From Acidobacteriota bacterium (GTDB taxonomy: Bacteria; Acidobacteriota; Thermoanaerobaculia; Gp7-AA8), in assembly GCA_019244185.1 (NCBI GenBank), contig JAFATB010000022.1:389586-453585 (forward strand): 64,000 nt of DNA, read 5' to 3'. This document shows positions 26,194 to 36,565 of this stretch, piece by piece. Below the pieces are notes generated by a model. The model did no database searches and was not told where the DNA came from. It saw only the letters and a list, made by a program, of their open reading frames with translations. The position numbers and the translations under genes are program-made. Each line of letters begins with the position of its first letter. The stretch's first letter is position 1.

Positions 26194-28623
26194 TCAGATC
26201 GGCGGTCCCGGCGGCACCGTCGGAATCGCGCTCGGCTTCCACGCCTCCGCGGGTCGCGCGAGGAAGCGCGCGATGTCGTCGCGCGTGAGACGTCGATGCG
26301 CGGCTTCCGCCGGATCGCTCGACGTCGCCGCGAGACGATCGGAGAGTCGGCGCAGCGCGTCGGTTGCATCGGCGCGGACCTGCGCGTCGTTGTCGGCGCC
26401 CGCCGCGAGCCCGGCGAGGCGCACCATCAGCAGCGTGCGCGTGGCGCGCGGAATCGGACCGGATTTCACCGCGGCGTCGATGAGCGCGTTCGTGATCTCG
26501 CGCATCGTCACGTTGTCGGTCTGCTGCGTGACGCGCGCGCAGCGCGCGGGGTCGAGCAGCGCGGAGATCGTGACGTCGGCGCTGGTCATCGCCGCGCTGA
26601 TCGGATCGAACGCGGGATCGGTCCTGCGCGGGAAGAGCTCCGTGTTCGCGTCGCCGTGACCGTACGCCGGCGGCGGCAGCAGATCGAGCACGCGCTGCGG
26701 CAGCGCGAGGAACGCGGGATCGAGCGTGGTCATGATCGCGCGCAGCGCGTCGCGCTGCTGCGCCGCCGGCACCACTTTGCGCACGACGTCCGGCCACACG
26801 CCCTCGGCATCCTTGACCGCGTACGTGTAATAGATGCCGCCGATCGACTTCGCCGCCGCTTCGAGCTGATAGCGGTGATGGAGGTACAGCGGGACGAGCT
26901 TCTCTTCGAGCGCGGAGACCGGCTCGCCGACGCTGAGGTTGTTCAGGCCGAACTGATCGAGCGCGATACGCCGCACGTCGATCTCGTGACGCAGCATCGC
27001 GATCGGATCGGCGCCGTTGTCCCACACCGCGCCGAGGGGATGCGCGCTGCTCACGGGACGCGAGTGCGGATCGGAGACGAACAGCGGCGTCGCGCGCGCG
27101 AGCTTCGTCAGCTCCGCGTCTTCATTCGCGCCCGGCGCGAACTGCGCGTACGCGTACTTGATCGCCGCGATGTCGTATGCCGCCACGCCCGTCGCATACG
27201 CCTCGGAGAAATCGAGCTTGCCGTTCGTGATCTTGATGTACGGCGCCGGATAGTCCATCACCGACGCGCGGCCGTATGTCGACGCGGCGAAGTTGTGATC
27301 GAGGCCGAGCGTGTGCCCGGTCTCGTGCGCGGAGAGTTGGCGGATGCGCGCGAGCGCCATCATCGACGGGCTGGTCGTCGGATCCATGTCGTCGAACGTG
27401 GCCGCCATTCCGCGCGCGATCATCGCGTCCTGCCGGATGCGCAGCGACCCGAGGAGCACGTTGCCTTTGATGATCTCGCCGGTGCGCGGATCGACCACGC
27501 TCGCGCCGTACGACCAGCCGCGCGTGGAGCGATGCACCCAGTTGATGATGTTGTAGCGGATGTCGAGCGGGTCGGCGTCGGGCGGGAGCACCTTCACCTG
27601 AAAGGCGTTGTGGAAGCCGGCCGCTTCGAACGCGGCATTCCACCACGACGCGCCTTCCAGCAGCGCGCTGCGGATCGGCTCGGGCACGCCGTTGTCGACG
27701 TAGTAGACGATCGGCTGCACGGGATCGGAGACCGCGGCGTTCGGGTCTTTCTTGATGAGGCGGTGGCGCGCGATCCAGTGCTTCGAGATCGACGTCGTGA
27801 ACGGCGACGCGTAGTCGTAGAAGTCGATGCCGAAGATGCCGACGCGCGGGTCGGCGCGCCGCGGCGTGAAGCCCGGCTCCGGCAGCGCGACCAGCGAGTG
27901 ATGTTCGCGCACCGTCAGCGCCTCGGCCGTCGGTGTCACGCCGCGCACGAGCTCTCCCGGATCGCTCGACGCAAACGTGAGCGTCGCCTCGACTTCCGTG
28001 TTGCGCGGGAACGCCTTCGTGCGCGGCAAATAGATCGCGCTGCGGTTTTTGTCGAGCGAGAACGAGCCCTGCTGCGCGCGCCTCAGCCGCGCCGCGACGC
28101 CGTGCGCGTCGCTGAGGAAAAAGTCGGTGGCGTCGACGAGCACGTGGCCGTTCGGCAGCGTCGACTCGACGGTGAAGCCGGCGAGCACCGACTGCGCGAA
28201 TGACTGCTCGACGCTGCGCTGCTCCGCCGCGTCGTTGCTGAGCGCGCGGAAGCCGTAGTTCGGCTCCGTCATCAGCACGCGCGGACCGACGCGGTCGAAG
28301 CGGACGATGTGCGTCGCGCCGAGCTGGCTGCGATCGAGTCCGATCGGATTCGAGCCGACGCCGCTCGCGAGCGAGACCTGGTAGAGCAGCTCCTCGCCGA
28401 GGCGCGGGATCTCCATCAGCAGGCGGCCTTTCGGCGCGTCCCAGTACAGCGGGATGAAGCCGTCGAACTTCTCGAAGCCGGCGACGGGATCCGCCGGCGT
28501 TTGCGATGGCTGCGGCTGTTGTTGTTGCGACGACGTCGTGGTGGCAGCCGGCGTCGCTTGCGGTGCCGGCTTCGCGACGGTGCAGGCGGTGAGGGCGAGG
28601 GCGACGATCAGTGCGCGGCGCAT
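26194..28623 (-). CDS. Secreted zinc-dependent metalloprotease (DUF5117/DUF4953-type), lipoprotein signal
   Basis: HETGHTLGLDHNF zinc-binding motif, signal MRRALIVALALTAC. Confidence 0.8.
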   Translation of the reverse strand: MRRALIVALALTACTVAKPAPQATPAATTTSSQQQQPQPSQTPADPVAGFEKFDGFIPLYWDAPKGRLLMEIPRLGEELLYQVSLASGVGSNPIGLDRSQLGATHIVRFDRVGPRVLMTEPNYGFRALSNDAAEQRSVEQSFAQSVLAGFTVESTLPNGHVLVDATDFFLSDAHGVAARLRRAQQGSFSLDKNRSAIYLPRTKAFPRNTEVEATLTFASSDPGELVRGVTPTAEALTVREHHSLVALPEPGFTPRRADPRVGIFGIDFYDYASPFTTSISKHWIARHRLIKKDPNAAVSDPVQPIVYYVDNGVPEPIRSALLEGASWWNAAFEAAGFHNAFQVKVLPPDADPLDIRYNIINWVHRSTRGWSYGASVVDPRTGEIIKGNVLLGSLRIRQDAMIARGMAATFDDMDPTTSPSMMALARIRQLSAHETGHTLGLDHNFAASTYGRASVMDYPAPYIKITNGKLDFSEAYATGVAAYDIAAIKYAYAQFAPGANEDAELTKLARATPLFVSDPHSRPVSSAHPLGAVWDNGADPIAMLRHEIDVRRIALDQFGLNNLSVGEPVSALEEKLVPLYLHHRYQLEAAAKSIGGIYYTYAVKDAEGVWPDVVRKVVPAAQQRDALRAIMTTLDPAFLALPQRVLDLLPPPAYGHGDANTELFPRRTDPAFDPISAAMTSADVTISALLDPARCARVTQQTDNVTMREITNALIDAAVKSGPIPRATRTLLMVRLAGLAAGADNDAQVRADATDALRRLSDRLAATSSDPAEAAHRRLTRDDIARFLARPAEAWKPSAIPTVPPGPPI

Positions 28624-28660
28624 GGCGCCGCGCAGTCTATCGCTCGATCGAAACGATGCG

Positions 28661-30430
28661 CTACTCGCCCAACGCCGCGTACTTCACGATCCGGAACCGC
28701 GCGCCCTGCGCGTCGCGCACGCGCGCGGCGAGCTTCTCGTGCAGCTCGGGCGTCCACTGCGTCCAGCGCGCGTAGAACGCGGCCGCGGCGGCCTTGTCGC
28801 CGTTCGCCTGCAGCGCGAGCACCTCGTGCAGCAGCGAGGTCACGGCGTCCGCGTAACGGTCGTAGTGAATCGTGAGCCGCGCGGTTTTCGGATCGGCGGT
28901 GAGCAGCCCTTTGTCGAGGAACCAGTTGAACTGCACGAGCTCCATGAACTGGTAAGGCTGATCGGCGCGCGGCCGAATGTTGAGCAGCACGCGGCGGATG
29001 CCGGCCGCCTGGATCGCGCGCAGGTCGGGGACGTTCATCCGCTGCAGCGCATACAGCGACACGAGATCCGCTTTCATCTCCTCGGTCGCGTCGGAGAACT
29101 CCTCGAGCGCGGCGTCGATCGTGCGGCCGGACTTGTCTCGATCCGGCCCGAGGTAGTGACCGATCTCGTGCCAGAGCGTGCGCTGCGCGTCGCCGTTGGG
29201 GCCGAGGTCGTTCGCGTTCGCGTCGACGACGGCGGCGCGGAAGATGCGCTGGCTCGCGGCGACGATCGACGGATTCGTGAGGATGTTCCGGCGCAAGAGG
29301 ATGATGCGGCCGTAGCGGCGCGACATCAGCGGATCGTTCGGCAGGTTCGTGGCGCTGTTCGTGCCGCGCGCCTGGCCGAAGTCGGCGATGACGTCGTAGA
29401 CGCCGACCGGGATGTCCTCGCGCACGCGCTTGTGCTGCTCGTACGGCAGCGCGTCTTCGATGGCCTGGATGCCGCCGAGCTGGCGCCGCACTTCGCCGGT
29501 CGCTTTCTCGTCTTCGAGGAGAAGGCTGAACGAGTGGAACGCCTTCACGCCGTACAGCGCGTCGTCGTACGTCTCGTAGCTGCCGATCTGCGCGTTGAGA
29601 TGCTTGAAGCGGCCGGTGATCCACGACGCGTCGCCCGATTCGTAGTCGTTCGTGATGAGGTCGCGGGCGCGGTTGCGGAGGTAGCGCGCGAACTCCGCGT
29701 CGCTCGGCTCGAGCGTGCTCGCCGCGCGCGTGAGCAGGCGAAACGCGCTGACGAGATCGTCCGCGTACGCGATCGCATACGGCACCGCGTAGAACGTCGT
29801 GCCGTCGGCCGTGTACTGCATCGGCTTCCACTTCGCGAGCAGCATCGGATGCAGCTCGCGCAGCACGGCGAACGTGTTGAGCACCTGGATGTCGCGGTCG
29901 AGATTCGACTTCGTCGCGCGGCGGACGAGCGTGCGCGGGTCGAGCAGCTCGTCGCGCTGATCCGGATGCGCCGCGAGGTACTTGTCGAGCTCCTCGCGCG
30001 TGACGTCGGTAGGGTAGACGTTGCGTCCCGGCGCCTGCGCCGCGACGGGGAGGAACGGCTCGCGTTTGTTGTCGAGCGTCTGCGCGATGGGACCCTGATT
30101 GAGGCGATAGAGCTGCAGCAGATTGTCCGCCTGCTTCGAGCCGCCGGTCTCGGAGTAGAGCTTGCGCAGCTCCTGATACGCGGGCAGCGCGTCGGGATGG
30201 CGCGAGACCTCGTAGAGCTTCTGCATGATCGCGCCGGCGGCGAGGAGATCCTTCAGCGCGGCGCGTTCGGGATCGGTGAGGCGGGAGAGGTCGGCGTCGA
30301 GACGGATGGTCTCCGTCTTCGCCAGCACGGCGTTCGACTGCGCCTCCGTCCAGTAGCCGTCGGGAAGCGATTTCTGCTGCGCGGATGCGGTGACCGACAC
30401 GGCGAGCGTGATCGCAAAAAGCGTTCTCAT
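28661..30430 (-). CDS. Secreted Zn-dependent peptidase (HExxGH; dipeptidyl-peptidase III/M49-like)
   Basis: signal peptide; WHEIGHYLG and downstream EEMKAD second zinc ligand region. Confidence 0.6.
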   Translation of the reverse strand: MRTLFAITLAVSVTASAQQKSLPDGYWTEAQSNAVLAKTETIRLDADLSRLTDPERAALKDLLAAGAIMQKLYEVSRHPDALPAYQELRKLYSETGGSKQADNLLQLYRLNQGPIAQTLDNKREPFLPVAAQAPGRNVYPTDVTREELDKYLAAHPDQRDELLDPRTLVRRATKSNLDRDIQVLNTFAVLRELHPMLLAKWKPMQYTADGTTFYAVPYAIAYADDLVSAFRLLTRAASTLEPSDAEFARYLRNRARDLITNDYESGDASWITGRFKHLNAQIGSYETYDDALYGVKAFHSFSLLLEDEKATGEVRRQLGGIQAIEDALPYEQHKRVREDIPVGVYDVIADFGQARGTNSATNLPNDPLMSRRYGRIILLRRNILTNPSIVAASQRIFRAAVVDANANDLGPNGDAQRTLWHEIGHYLGPDRDKSGRTIDAALEEFSDATEEMKADLVSLYALQRMNVPDLRAIQAAGIRRVLLNIRPRADQPYQFMELVQFNWFLDKGLLTADPKTARLTIHYDRYADAVTSLLHEVLALQANGDKAAAAAFYARWTQWTPELHEKLAARVRDAQGARFRIVKYAALGE

Positions 30431-30475
30431 GGCGCGGCGGACGTTATCAGATGCGTCGGTGTTCGCGCGCGCGGC

Positions 30476-30997
30476 TCAACGGCTGCCGTAGAGCGCGACG
30501 ACGGTCGGTCCGCGATAGCCGGACGTCCGCAGCGGCGAGCCGTCGGCGACCGCGATGCCGACTTCCGTGTAGTCGGCGCCGAGGACGTTGCGGCGGTGTC
30601 CCGGGGAATGCATCCAGCCGTCGACGACGGACGTGCCGCTGTAGCCGGTGGCGAGATTCTCACCGGCGAAGAGATAGCGGTAGCCGTGCTGGATGACCCA
30701 CGAGAACGGATCGATGCCGTCGGGCGACTGATGCGCGAAGTAGCGCTTGGCGAACATGTCGTCGATACGGTCGCGCGCGGCGGCGCAGAGGCGCTCGTTG
30801 AGGCGGAGCGGCGCGAGTCCGCGCGCCGCGCGCTCGCGGTTCATCGCCGCGAGGATGGCCGCGACGGCGGCGGAGGTGGGCGTCGCGACAGGGCCGTCGG
30901 TGTCGAAGGCGACGAGCGAGAGCGGGACACAGCATGCGACGAGGACGGCGACCGCGAGGACGCGCTGCAACGGTTTCGATATGCGTAGCTCGGACAT
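30476..30997 (-). CDS. CAP (SCP/PR-1-like) domain protein
   Basis: GHYTQ-like motif region YFAHQSP..., HSPGHRRNVL..., C-terminal GENLA motifs. Confidence 0.7.
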   Translation of the reverse strand: MSELRISKPLQRVLAVAVLVACCVPLSLVAFDTDGPVATPTSAAVAAILAAMNRERAARGLAPLRLNERLCAAARDRIDDMFAKRYFAHQSPDGIDPFSWVIQHGYRYLFAGENLATGYSGTSVVDGWMHSPGHRRNVLGADYTEVGIAVADGSPLRTSGYRGPTVVALYGSR

Positions 30998-31031
30998 GCC
31001 TGGCTCCGGGACGACCTATACTGCGCGCGCG

Positions 31032-31742
31032 ATGTGTCTCATCGCGATCGCGCACCGCGTTTCGGACAGGTTCCCGCTGATTCTCGCCGCGAATCGTGAC
31101 GAGGATCACGCCCGCGCGACGATCGCCGCCGATTTCTGGCCCGACGCGCCCCACGTCCTCGGCGGCCGCGACGCGCTCCTCCGCGGCTCCTGGCTGGCCG
31201 TGACGCCGTCACGATTCGCCGCGGTCACGAATCTGCGCGGGGCGCGCACGCGTTCCCGCTCGCGCGGCGCGCTCGTGCGCGCGTTCGTCATCGGTGAAGA
31301 CGAGCCGCGTGCGTACGGCGAGCAAATCGCGTGCGACGCCGCCGACTACGCGGGCTTTCATCTGCTCGCCGGCATCATCGGCGGCGACGTGCTCTACGCG
31401 ACGCCGGAGCAGCAGACGCTCCTCGCGCCCGGCATCTACGGCATCAGCAACGCGCCGGCAGGGGAGGCGTGGCCGAAGACCCAGCTCGCCGTCGACGCGA
31501 TGCGCGCGGCGATGACGCACGACGACGCGGCGACGATCGCCGACGAGCTGCTCGCGTTTCTCGCCGCGCCGCGACACAGCGGCCGCGTCGAGAGCGAGGT
31601 GTTCATCGCCGGCGATCGCTACGGCACGCGCGCGTCGACGGTGGTCGTCGCGTCGCCGGACGCGGTGTCGTTCGTCGAACAGAACTTCGCGGCCGGCGGC
31701 GCGACGCTGGGCGGGCGGCGCGAGTTCGTGATTCAGCGCTGA
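31032..31742 (+). CDS. NRDE-family (TANGO2/DUF833) protein
   Basis: MCLIAIAHRVSDRFPLILAANRDE... canonical N-terminal Cys and NRDE motif. Confidence 0.65.
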   Translation: MCLIAIAHRVSDRFPLILAANRDEDHARATIAADFWPDAPHVLGGRDALLRGSWLAVTPSRFAAVTNLRGARTRSRSRGALVRAFVIGEDEPRAYGEQIACDAADYAGFHLLAGIIGGDVLYATPEQQTLLAPGIYGISNAPAGEAWPKTQLAVDAMRAAMTHDDAATIADELLAFLAAPRHSGRVESEVFIAGDRYGTRASTVVVASPDAVSFVEQNFAAGGATLGGRREFVIQR

Positions 31743-31803
31743 CGCGCGGCCGCAATCGTTTCCCTTGCATCCTGCGAGGCTTCCGCGTTTAATACTGAAC
31801 CGG

Positions 31804-32169
31804 ATGGTTCAGCTTTCACGAGCCCGCCTGGATGCGTCATTCGCCGCGCTTGCGGATGCGACGCGGCGCGGCGTGCTGGAGCAGCTCGGACGTTCCGACG
31901 CGTCGATCACGACGCTCGCCGAGAAGTTCCACATGACGCTCACGGGCATGAAGAAACACGTGGCCATCCTCGAGCAGGCGGGACTCGTCCGTACGGAGAA
32001 GGTCGGGCGCGTGCGGACCTGCAAGTTGGGCGCGCGGCGTCTGGAACAAGAGACAGCATGGCTCGACAGCTATCACCAGCTCTGGGCGGCACGGTTCGAC
32101 GAGTTGGACAAGGTGGTCGAGCAACTGAAACGCGAGGAGAAGGTCAATGGACGGAAAAACAGAGAGTGA
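31804..32169 (+). CDS. ArsR/SmtB-family transcriptional regulator
   Basis: HTH LADATRRGVLEQL...ITTLAEKFHMTLTGMKKHVAILEQAGLV; palindrome CTGAACC-N4-GGTTCAG spans the ATG. Confidence 0.75.
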   Translation: MVQLSRARLDASFAALADATRRGVLEQLGRSDASITTLAEKFHMTLTGMKKHVAILEQAGLVRTEKVGRVRTCKLGARRLEQETAWLDSYHQLWAARFDELDKVVEQLKREEKVNGRKNRE

Positions 32170-32659
32170 GACCGCGGCGCAGAGCCGGACGAAGGTGGAA
32201 CGGAAGTCCGATCGCGAGCTGGTGGTCACGCGAGTCGTCGACGCGCCGGCGCGCATCGTGTACGACGCGTGGACGAAAGCCGAGATCTTCAGGCAATGGT
32301 GGGTACCGAAGTCGTTCGGCCTGACGCTGCTCTCGTGCGAGCTCGATGTCCGCGTCGGCGGCGGTTACCGCTTGGTCTTCCGCCACGGCGACTCGGAGAT
32401 GGCGTTCTTCGGCAGGTACCTCGAAGTGGTGCCGCCTTCGCGCATCGTCTGGACGAACGAAGAAGGCGAAGACGAGGGACCGGTCACGACCGTGACCTTC
32501 GAAGAACAAGGAGGCAAGACGCTGATCGTCCTGCACGAGCTCTATCCCTCGAAGGAGTCCCTCGAGGCCGCCTCGGGTGACAAGAGCGGCATGGACGAGA
32601 CCTTCGCGCAGCTGGACGAGCTCCTCGCCGGCAGCGCGAACTCGGGGGACAGGAGTTGA
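32147..32659 (+). CDS. SRPBCC / AHSA1-like (activator of Hsp90 ATPase homolog) domain protein
   Basis: typical pairing with ArsR regulator; RVVDAPARIVYDAWT...WWVPKSF. Confidence 0.75.
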   Translation: MDGKTESETAAQSRTKVERKSDRELVVTRVVDAPARIVYDAWTKAEIFRQWWVPKSFGLTLLSCELDVRVGGGYRLVFRHGDSEMAFFGRYLEVVPPSRIVWTNEEGEDEGPVTTVTFEEQGGKTLIVLHELYPSKESLEAASGDKSGMDETFAQLDELLAGSANSGDRS

Positions 32660-32711
32660 ACCTGCGAACGTGAGTTCGCGTGAATCAGCGGAGCTCCCGT
32701 TGGCGTCGTTT

Positions 32712-34419
32712 CTACCCGTGCGCGCGCCCGGACTCTTCCTGGGAGCGCGCCGGCGGTCGTACGAGACTTCGGACCGCCGCGACGAGCTCCGCTGGTTCGA
32801 CCGGTTTGCTCATGTGGGTCTGAAAGCCAGCGGCCACTGCTCGCACGCGATCCACACTGCGCGTGTACGCCGTAAGGGCGATCGCCGGGATGTGAACGGA
32901 CGGCGGCTCCTGGAGCCGGATCTTCCGAATGAACGAGTAGCCGTCTTCGCCCGCCATCTCGATGTCGCTGATGATGATGTCCGGCCAGCTTCCGGCCACG
33001 ATGTTCATCGCCGTCGCGACATTTTCCGCGGCGTCGACGCGTGCGCCCGCACGGGAGAGGATCGTCGCAGCAGCCTCCGCGAATCGTCGTTGTCCTCGAC
33101 CACGAGCACGGAGACGCCGGTGAGATCGGCGAACTCCTGCGCGGCATCACGCGCGGCGGACAGCTCGATGTGCTGCACCTCACGCTCACCGGGACGATCG
33201 TGCGCGATGAGCAGCGGCAGCCGCACCACGAACGTTGCGCCGCACCCGATGCCGGGACTGAAGGCCTGCACGGTCCCGCCATGCAATTCCACGAGGTGCC
33301 GCACAATGCCCAACCCGAGTCCAAGCCGGCATGAGAACGCGTCGAACTGCTGTCCGCCTGGCTGAAACGGTCGAAGACGAACGGGAGAAAGCTCGGCGCG
33401 ATTCCTTCACCGGTATCGCTCACCGCCAGCTCACAGTGCGAGTTGACGCGTTCGAGCCGCACCTGCACTTTCCCTCCGCGAGGCGTGAACTTGACCGCAT
33501 TAGAGAGCAGGTTCCAGATGACCTGCTGGAGCCGGTCGTGATCGCCGGAGACTTGTCCGGCTTCCGAGTCGAGCATTCGCTCGATGCGAATCTCCTTCGC
33601 ATCCGCGGCAGGTCGAACGACATCGATGGCGGCTTCGATGACGTCCGCGAGCTCGATCGACTGGACGTTGATGCGCAGCTTCCCGGCATTGATGCGCGAG
33701 AAGTCGAGGATGTCCTCGATGAGCCGGCTCTGTGCACGCGCGTTGCGGTCGATCGTCTCCAGCCCTTCGGCGAGTGATGCCGGATCCTGTTCGAGGTGAA
33801 GCAACTGAACCCAGCCGATGATGCTCGTCAACGGCGTTCGCAGCTCGTGTGACACGGTGGCGAGGAACTCGTCACGCGCGCGCGACGCGGTTTCGGCGAC
33901 GCCGAGCGCGCGCTGCAGTTCGGCGCGCGTGGCGTCGAGTTTCGCGGCCAGCGAGTTGGCTTGCGCGGCGGCGTGGCGGGCCATCTCCGCTTCGACGGCT
34001 GCGCGAGCTGCCACAGACTCGCTGCGAAACAGCGCTCCGAACAGCGGCAGGATCTCTCGCAGCAACGGCCACGGCAGCGCAGCGACCGTTTCGCCGACCA
34101 GCACGGCCGCGGTGCCGTCAGGCAGTCCCACGGCATAGGCGTGTCGCGGCTGGCCTTGCGCGTCCACGACCGCTCCCTCCGACGAGCCGCTTTCAATCGC
34201 CGCATCGACGAGCCGCCGCCATGCACGCGTGCCGGGGAGCGTCTGGGGAAACCCAGGCGCCGGGAGCGAACAGCCGACCGCCTCATCACGAATGAAAATG
34301 ACGAGATCATCGGCGCCCCAACAATGGGCGAACGCTCTCGCCGCGCGGGTACGGCCGGAACGCTCCGCGAGCGCAACCGCTGCCCTCACCGCCTCGATGG
34401 TTTCATCGAGCACGTCCAC
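32712..34419 (-). pseudogene. Hybrid sensor histidine kinase (sensor-HisKA-HATPase_c-REC) disrupted by two single-nucleotide frameshifts (~33325 and ~33065)
   Basis: VSHELRTPLTSI H-box and N/G boxes in ORF 32542..34419, G2 box/[12 protein letters not shown] in ORF 33005..33313, receiver C-terminus in ORF 32712..33008; each junction restored by adding one nucleotide. Confidence 0.6.
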
Positions 34420-34421
34420 GG

Positions 34422-35475
34422 TTAGTCCGGCAGCAGCGCCACCGTCGCCGTGCAGTTATGAAATCCGCTGAACTGCCCTCCGACCGTGCGATCTGCCCGT
34501 ACGTGTTGCATCCGGCGTAGGGCACTTTGCCGAGAGCATGCTGGAGCGCGTCCATCTCGATGCCGAACTCGCCGCCCATGCGCAGCCGCATGGCGACGCA
34601 GTCGAAAAAGAGCGCCACCTCGGGCTCCGTGCCCTGCATGTCGCCGAGGGCGGAACGAACAGCACGAGCCGGCGCCTCCGCTGCGGACTTTGCGGTCGTC
34701 TTCATGATGTGCACGGTCGCCCCGGCGGGAACGTCCGAGGCGCAGGAGATGGCGCCGTTCTCGAGCCGCGAGCGGAACGCGAAGTTTGAAACCCGAGCCG
34801 GTGTCGATGCCGAGCACGTTGTGCAGGAAGAACGGAATCGGGTCGTTCCGGTCGAAGCGCTGCCCGGTCTTCTCCGCATGCTCTTCGAACGCTTCAGCGG
34901 CCGGTGCTGCGTTGAGGCTGACGACCGTCGAGCCGTCTGCTTCGGTGACCCGCAGCGGCTCGCTGGCCGACTCCCAGCCATGGCTCACCCCGACGCCAAT
35001 CGGTTTCGTGGAGAGAATCTCGAGTGCGACGGCAGCGTCCGTGAAGACCGACGTCCCGCAGAAGACGTGCGTCTTCGCGAACTGCGCGTCATCGCGTGCA
35101 CCGCCGCCGAAGAAGCGGTAGTTGCCGAGCGTCGCGACGCTGAGCTGCTCGATGAAGTCGTCCGTGTATCCGGCCAGAGCGTCGGCCAGCACCAGGGCGG
35201 CGCGATACGGATACTGATGCGTGGTCAGGCCGGGAAACGATCCAGCGATCTCCGCCGCTGCCGCCCGCCGATCCTGTCGCAGATTGCGGCCGACTCCTGC
35301 CGCGAAGCGCATGACGTCCGAGCGAATCGCAACGGCCGATGCGGAGCCTTCGCCGCGGTCGCCGCTGACGAACTCTCCGGCAGAGGAAGCCGATGAGCAC
35401 GCCAGGCGTGCTCGTCGCATCGATCGCCTGCAGCATCGCCTCATAGTCGTGCCTGGAGGACGCAAAGACGATCAC
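34422..35475 (-). pseudogene. FIST-domain sensor protein (FIST_N+FIST_C) disrupted by three frameshifts (~35385, ~34755, ~34478)
   Basis: MIVFASSRHDYEAMLQAIDATSTPGVLIG | SSAGEFVSGD...FKLRVPLAARE | DGAISCASDVPAGATVHIM...CNTYGQIARSEG | QFSGFHNCTATVALLPD spread over three reading frames. Confidence 0.5.
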
Positions 35476-35584
35476 GAGATCGGTGCTTCGCGCGTGCGCA
35501 GGATGCGGTGGATTTCCGCAGCGTCGACTTCGACGTAGGCGTCGCGTCTGCTGGCCGCCGGGCGAATCCCGTTGCGCCTACCCG

Positions 35585-35968
35585 TCAGGCAGCATCCGGC
35601 TGCGCGCACTCTTTCGCGATCAGCACGAGTTGATCGATGTCGAAGGGCTTCGCGAGCAGACGGCAGATGCGCTGCAGAAACTCGCAGCTCATCCGTCCCG
35701 GTGACGCCGTGGTCACGACGACGCGGCGCAAATACTTCGGCTGTGTCTGTTCCAGATACCCCAGCAACTGCTCACCGCCGACGTCCGGTAGCATCAGATC
35801 GAGGATCAGCAGGTCGTACGCGATCGCATCCAGCAGTTCGATCGCGGCGGCCCCGCTCTTTACGCCTTCGACCGTGAAGTTCTCGCGCTCCAGGACCACC
35901 TTGACGAGATTGAGGATGGCTCCGTCGTCTTCCACGACCAAGGCACGGTAGGATGATCGGCGCTCCAT
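35585..35968 (-). CDS. Single-domain response regulator (CheY-like receiver)
   Basis: ALVVEDDGAILNLV...LLILDLMLPDVGG...KP. Confidence 0.8.
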   Translation of the reverse strand: MERRSSYRALVVEDDGAILNLVKVVLERENFTVEGVKSGAAAIELLDAIAYDLLILDLMLPDVGGEQLLGYLEQTQPKYLRRVVVTTASPGRMSCEFLQRICRLLAKPFDIDQLVLIAKECAQPDAA

Positions 35969-36060
35969 GCGTGTGGATGCAGCAAGACCGTTGCCGCCGT
36001 GCGTCGGAGAGGGTGACCAACATCCAATGAAACGCCGCCCGCCTCGGCGCGTGCAGAGCG

Positions 36061-36417
36061 TCAGCCGCCGGCGGCCGTGCGCAGGACTTCTTCGATGCGG
36101 TCGAGATCGAACGGCTTCTGCAGCACGACGGTGTCGCCGGGAAATCGATCCGTGAAGTAGCGCGCGATCGCGGAAAAGACGATGACCTTCGGCAATCGGT
36201 CGAGGCTCCGGATGGCCTCCGCAACAGCGAAGCCGTTGGCCTTCGGAAGCATCAGGTCCAGCAGCACGACGTCATACGAGCCAGCACGAACCATCTCGAT
36301 CGCAGCTTCACCGTCTCCGGCGACATCGACCGAGCTGCAGTGTTTGCGCAGAACCGCCTGTAGCAATCGCTGAACGCTGTCATCGTCCTCGACGATCAGC
36401 GCCGCACATTTCGTCAT
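36061..36417 (-). CDS. Single-domain response regulator (CheY-like receiver)
   Basis: ALIVEDDDSVQRLL...VVLLDLMLPKANG...KPFDL. Confidence 0.8.
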   Translation of the reverse strand: MTKCAALIVEDDDSVQRLLQAVLRKHCSSVDVAGDGEAAIEMVRAGSYDVVLLDLMLPKANGFAVAEAIRSLDRLPKVIVFSAIARYFTDRFPGDTVVLQKPFDLDRIEEVLRTAAGG

Positions 36418-36565
36418 CCACCCCTCCGCCCGGCGGGGACCCGGACCCGCTGAAGCTGGCGTTCACCATTGCAGGATGCGTGTCACCACGCTTCGATCTG
36501 AGCGGCTCGGTCCTCAGCTACGACTGGCGGCGCGACAAAGTCGCGCCGCCAGTGCGCCGATTGCT

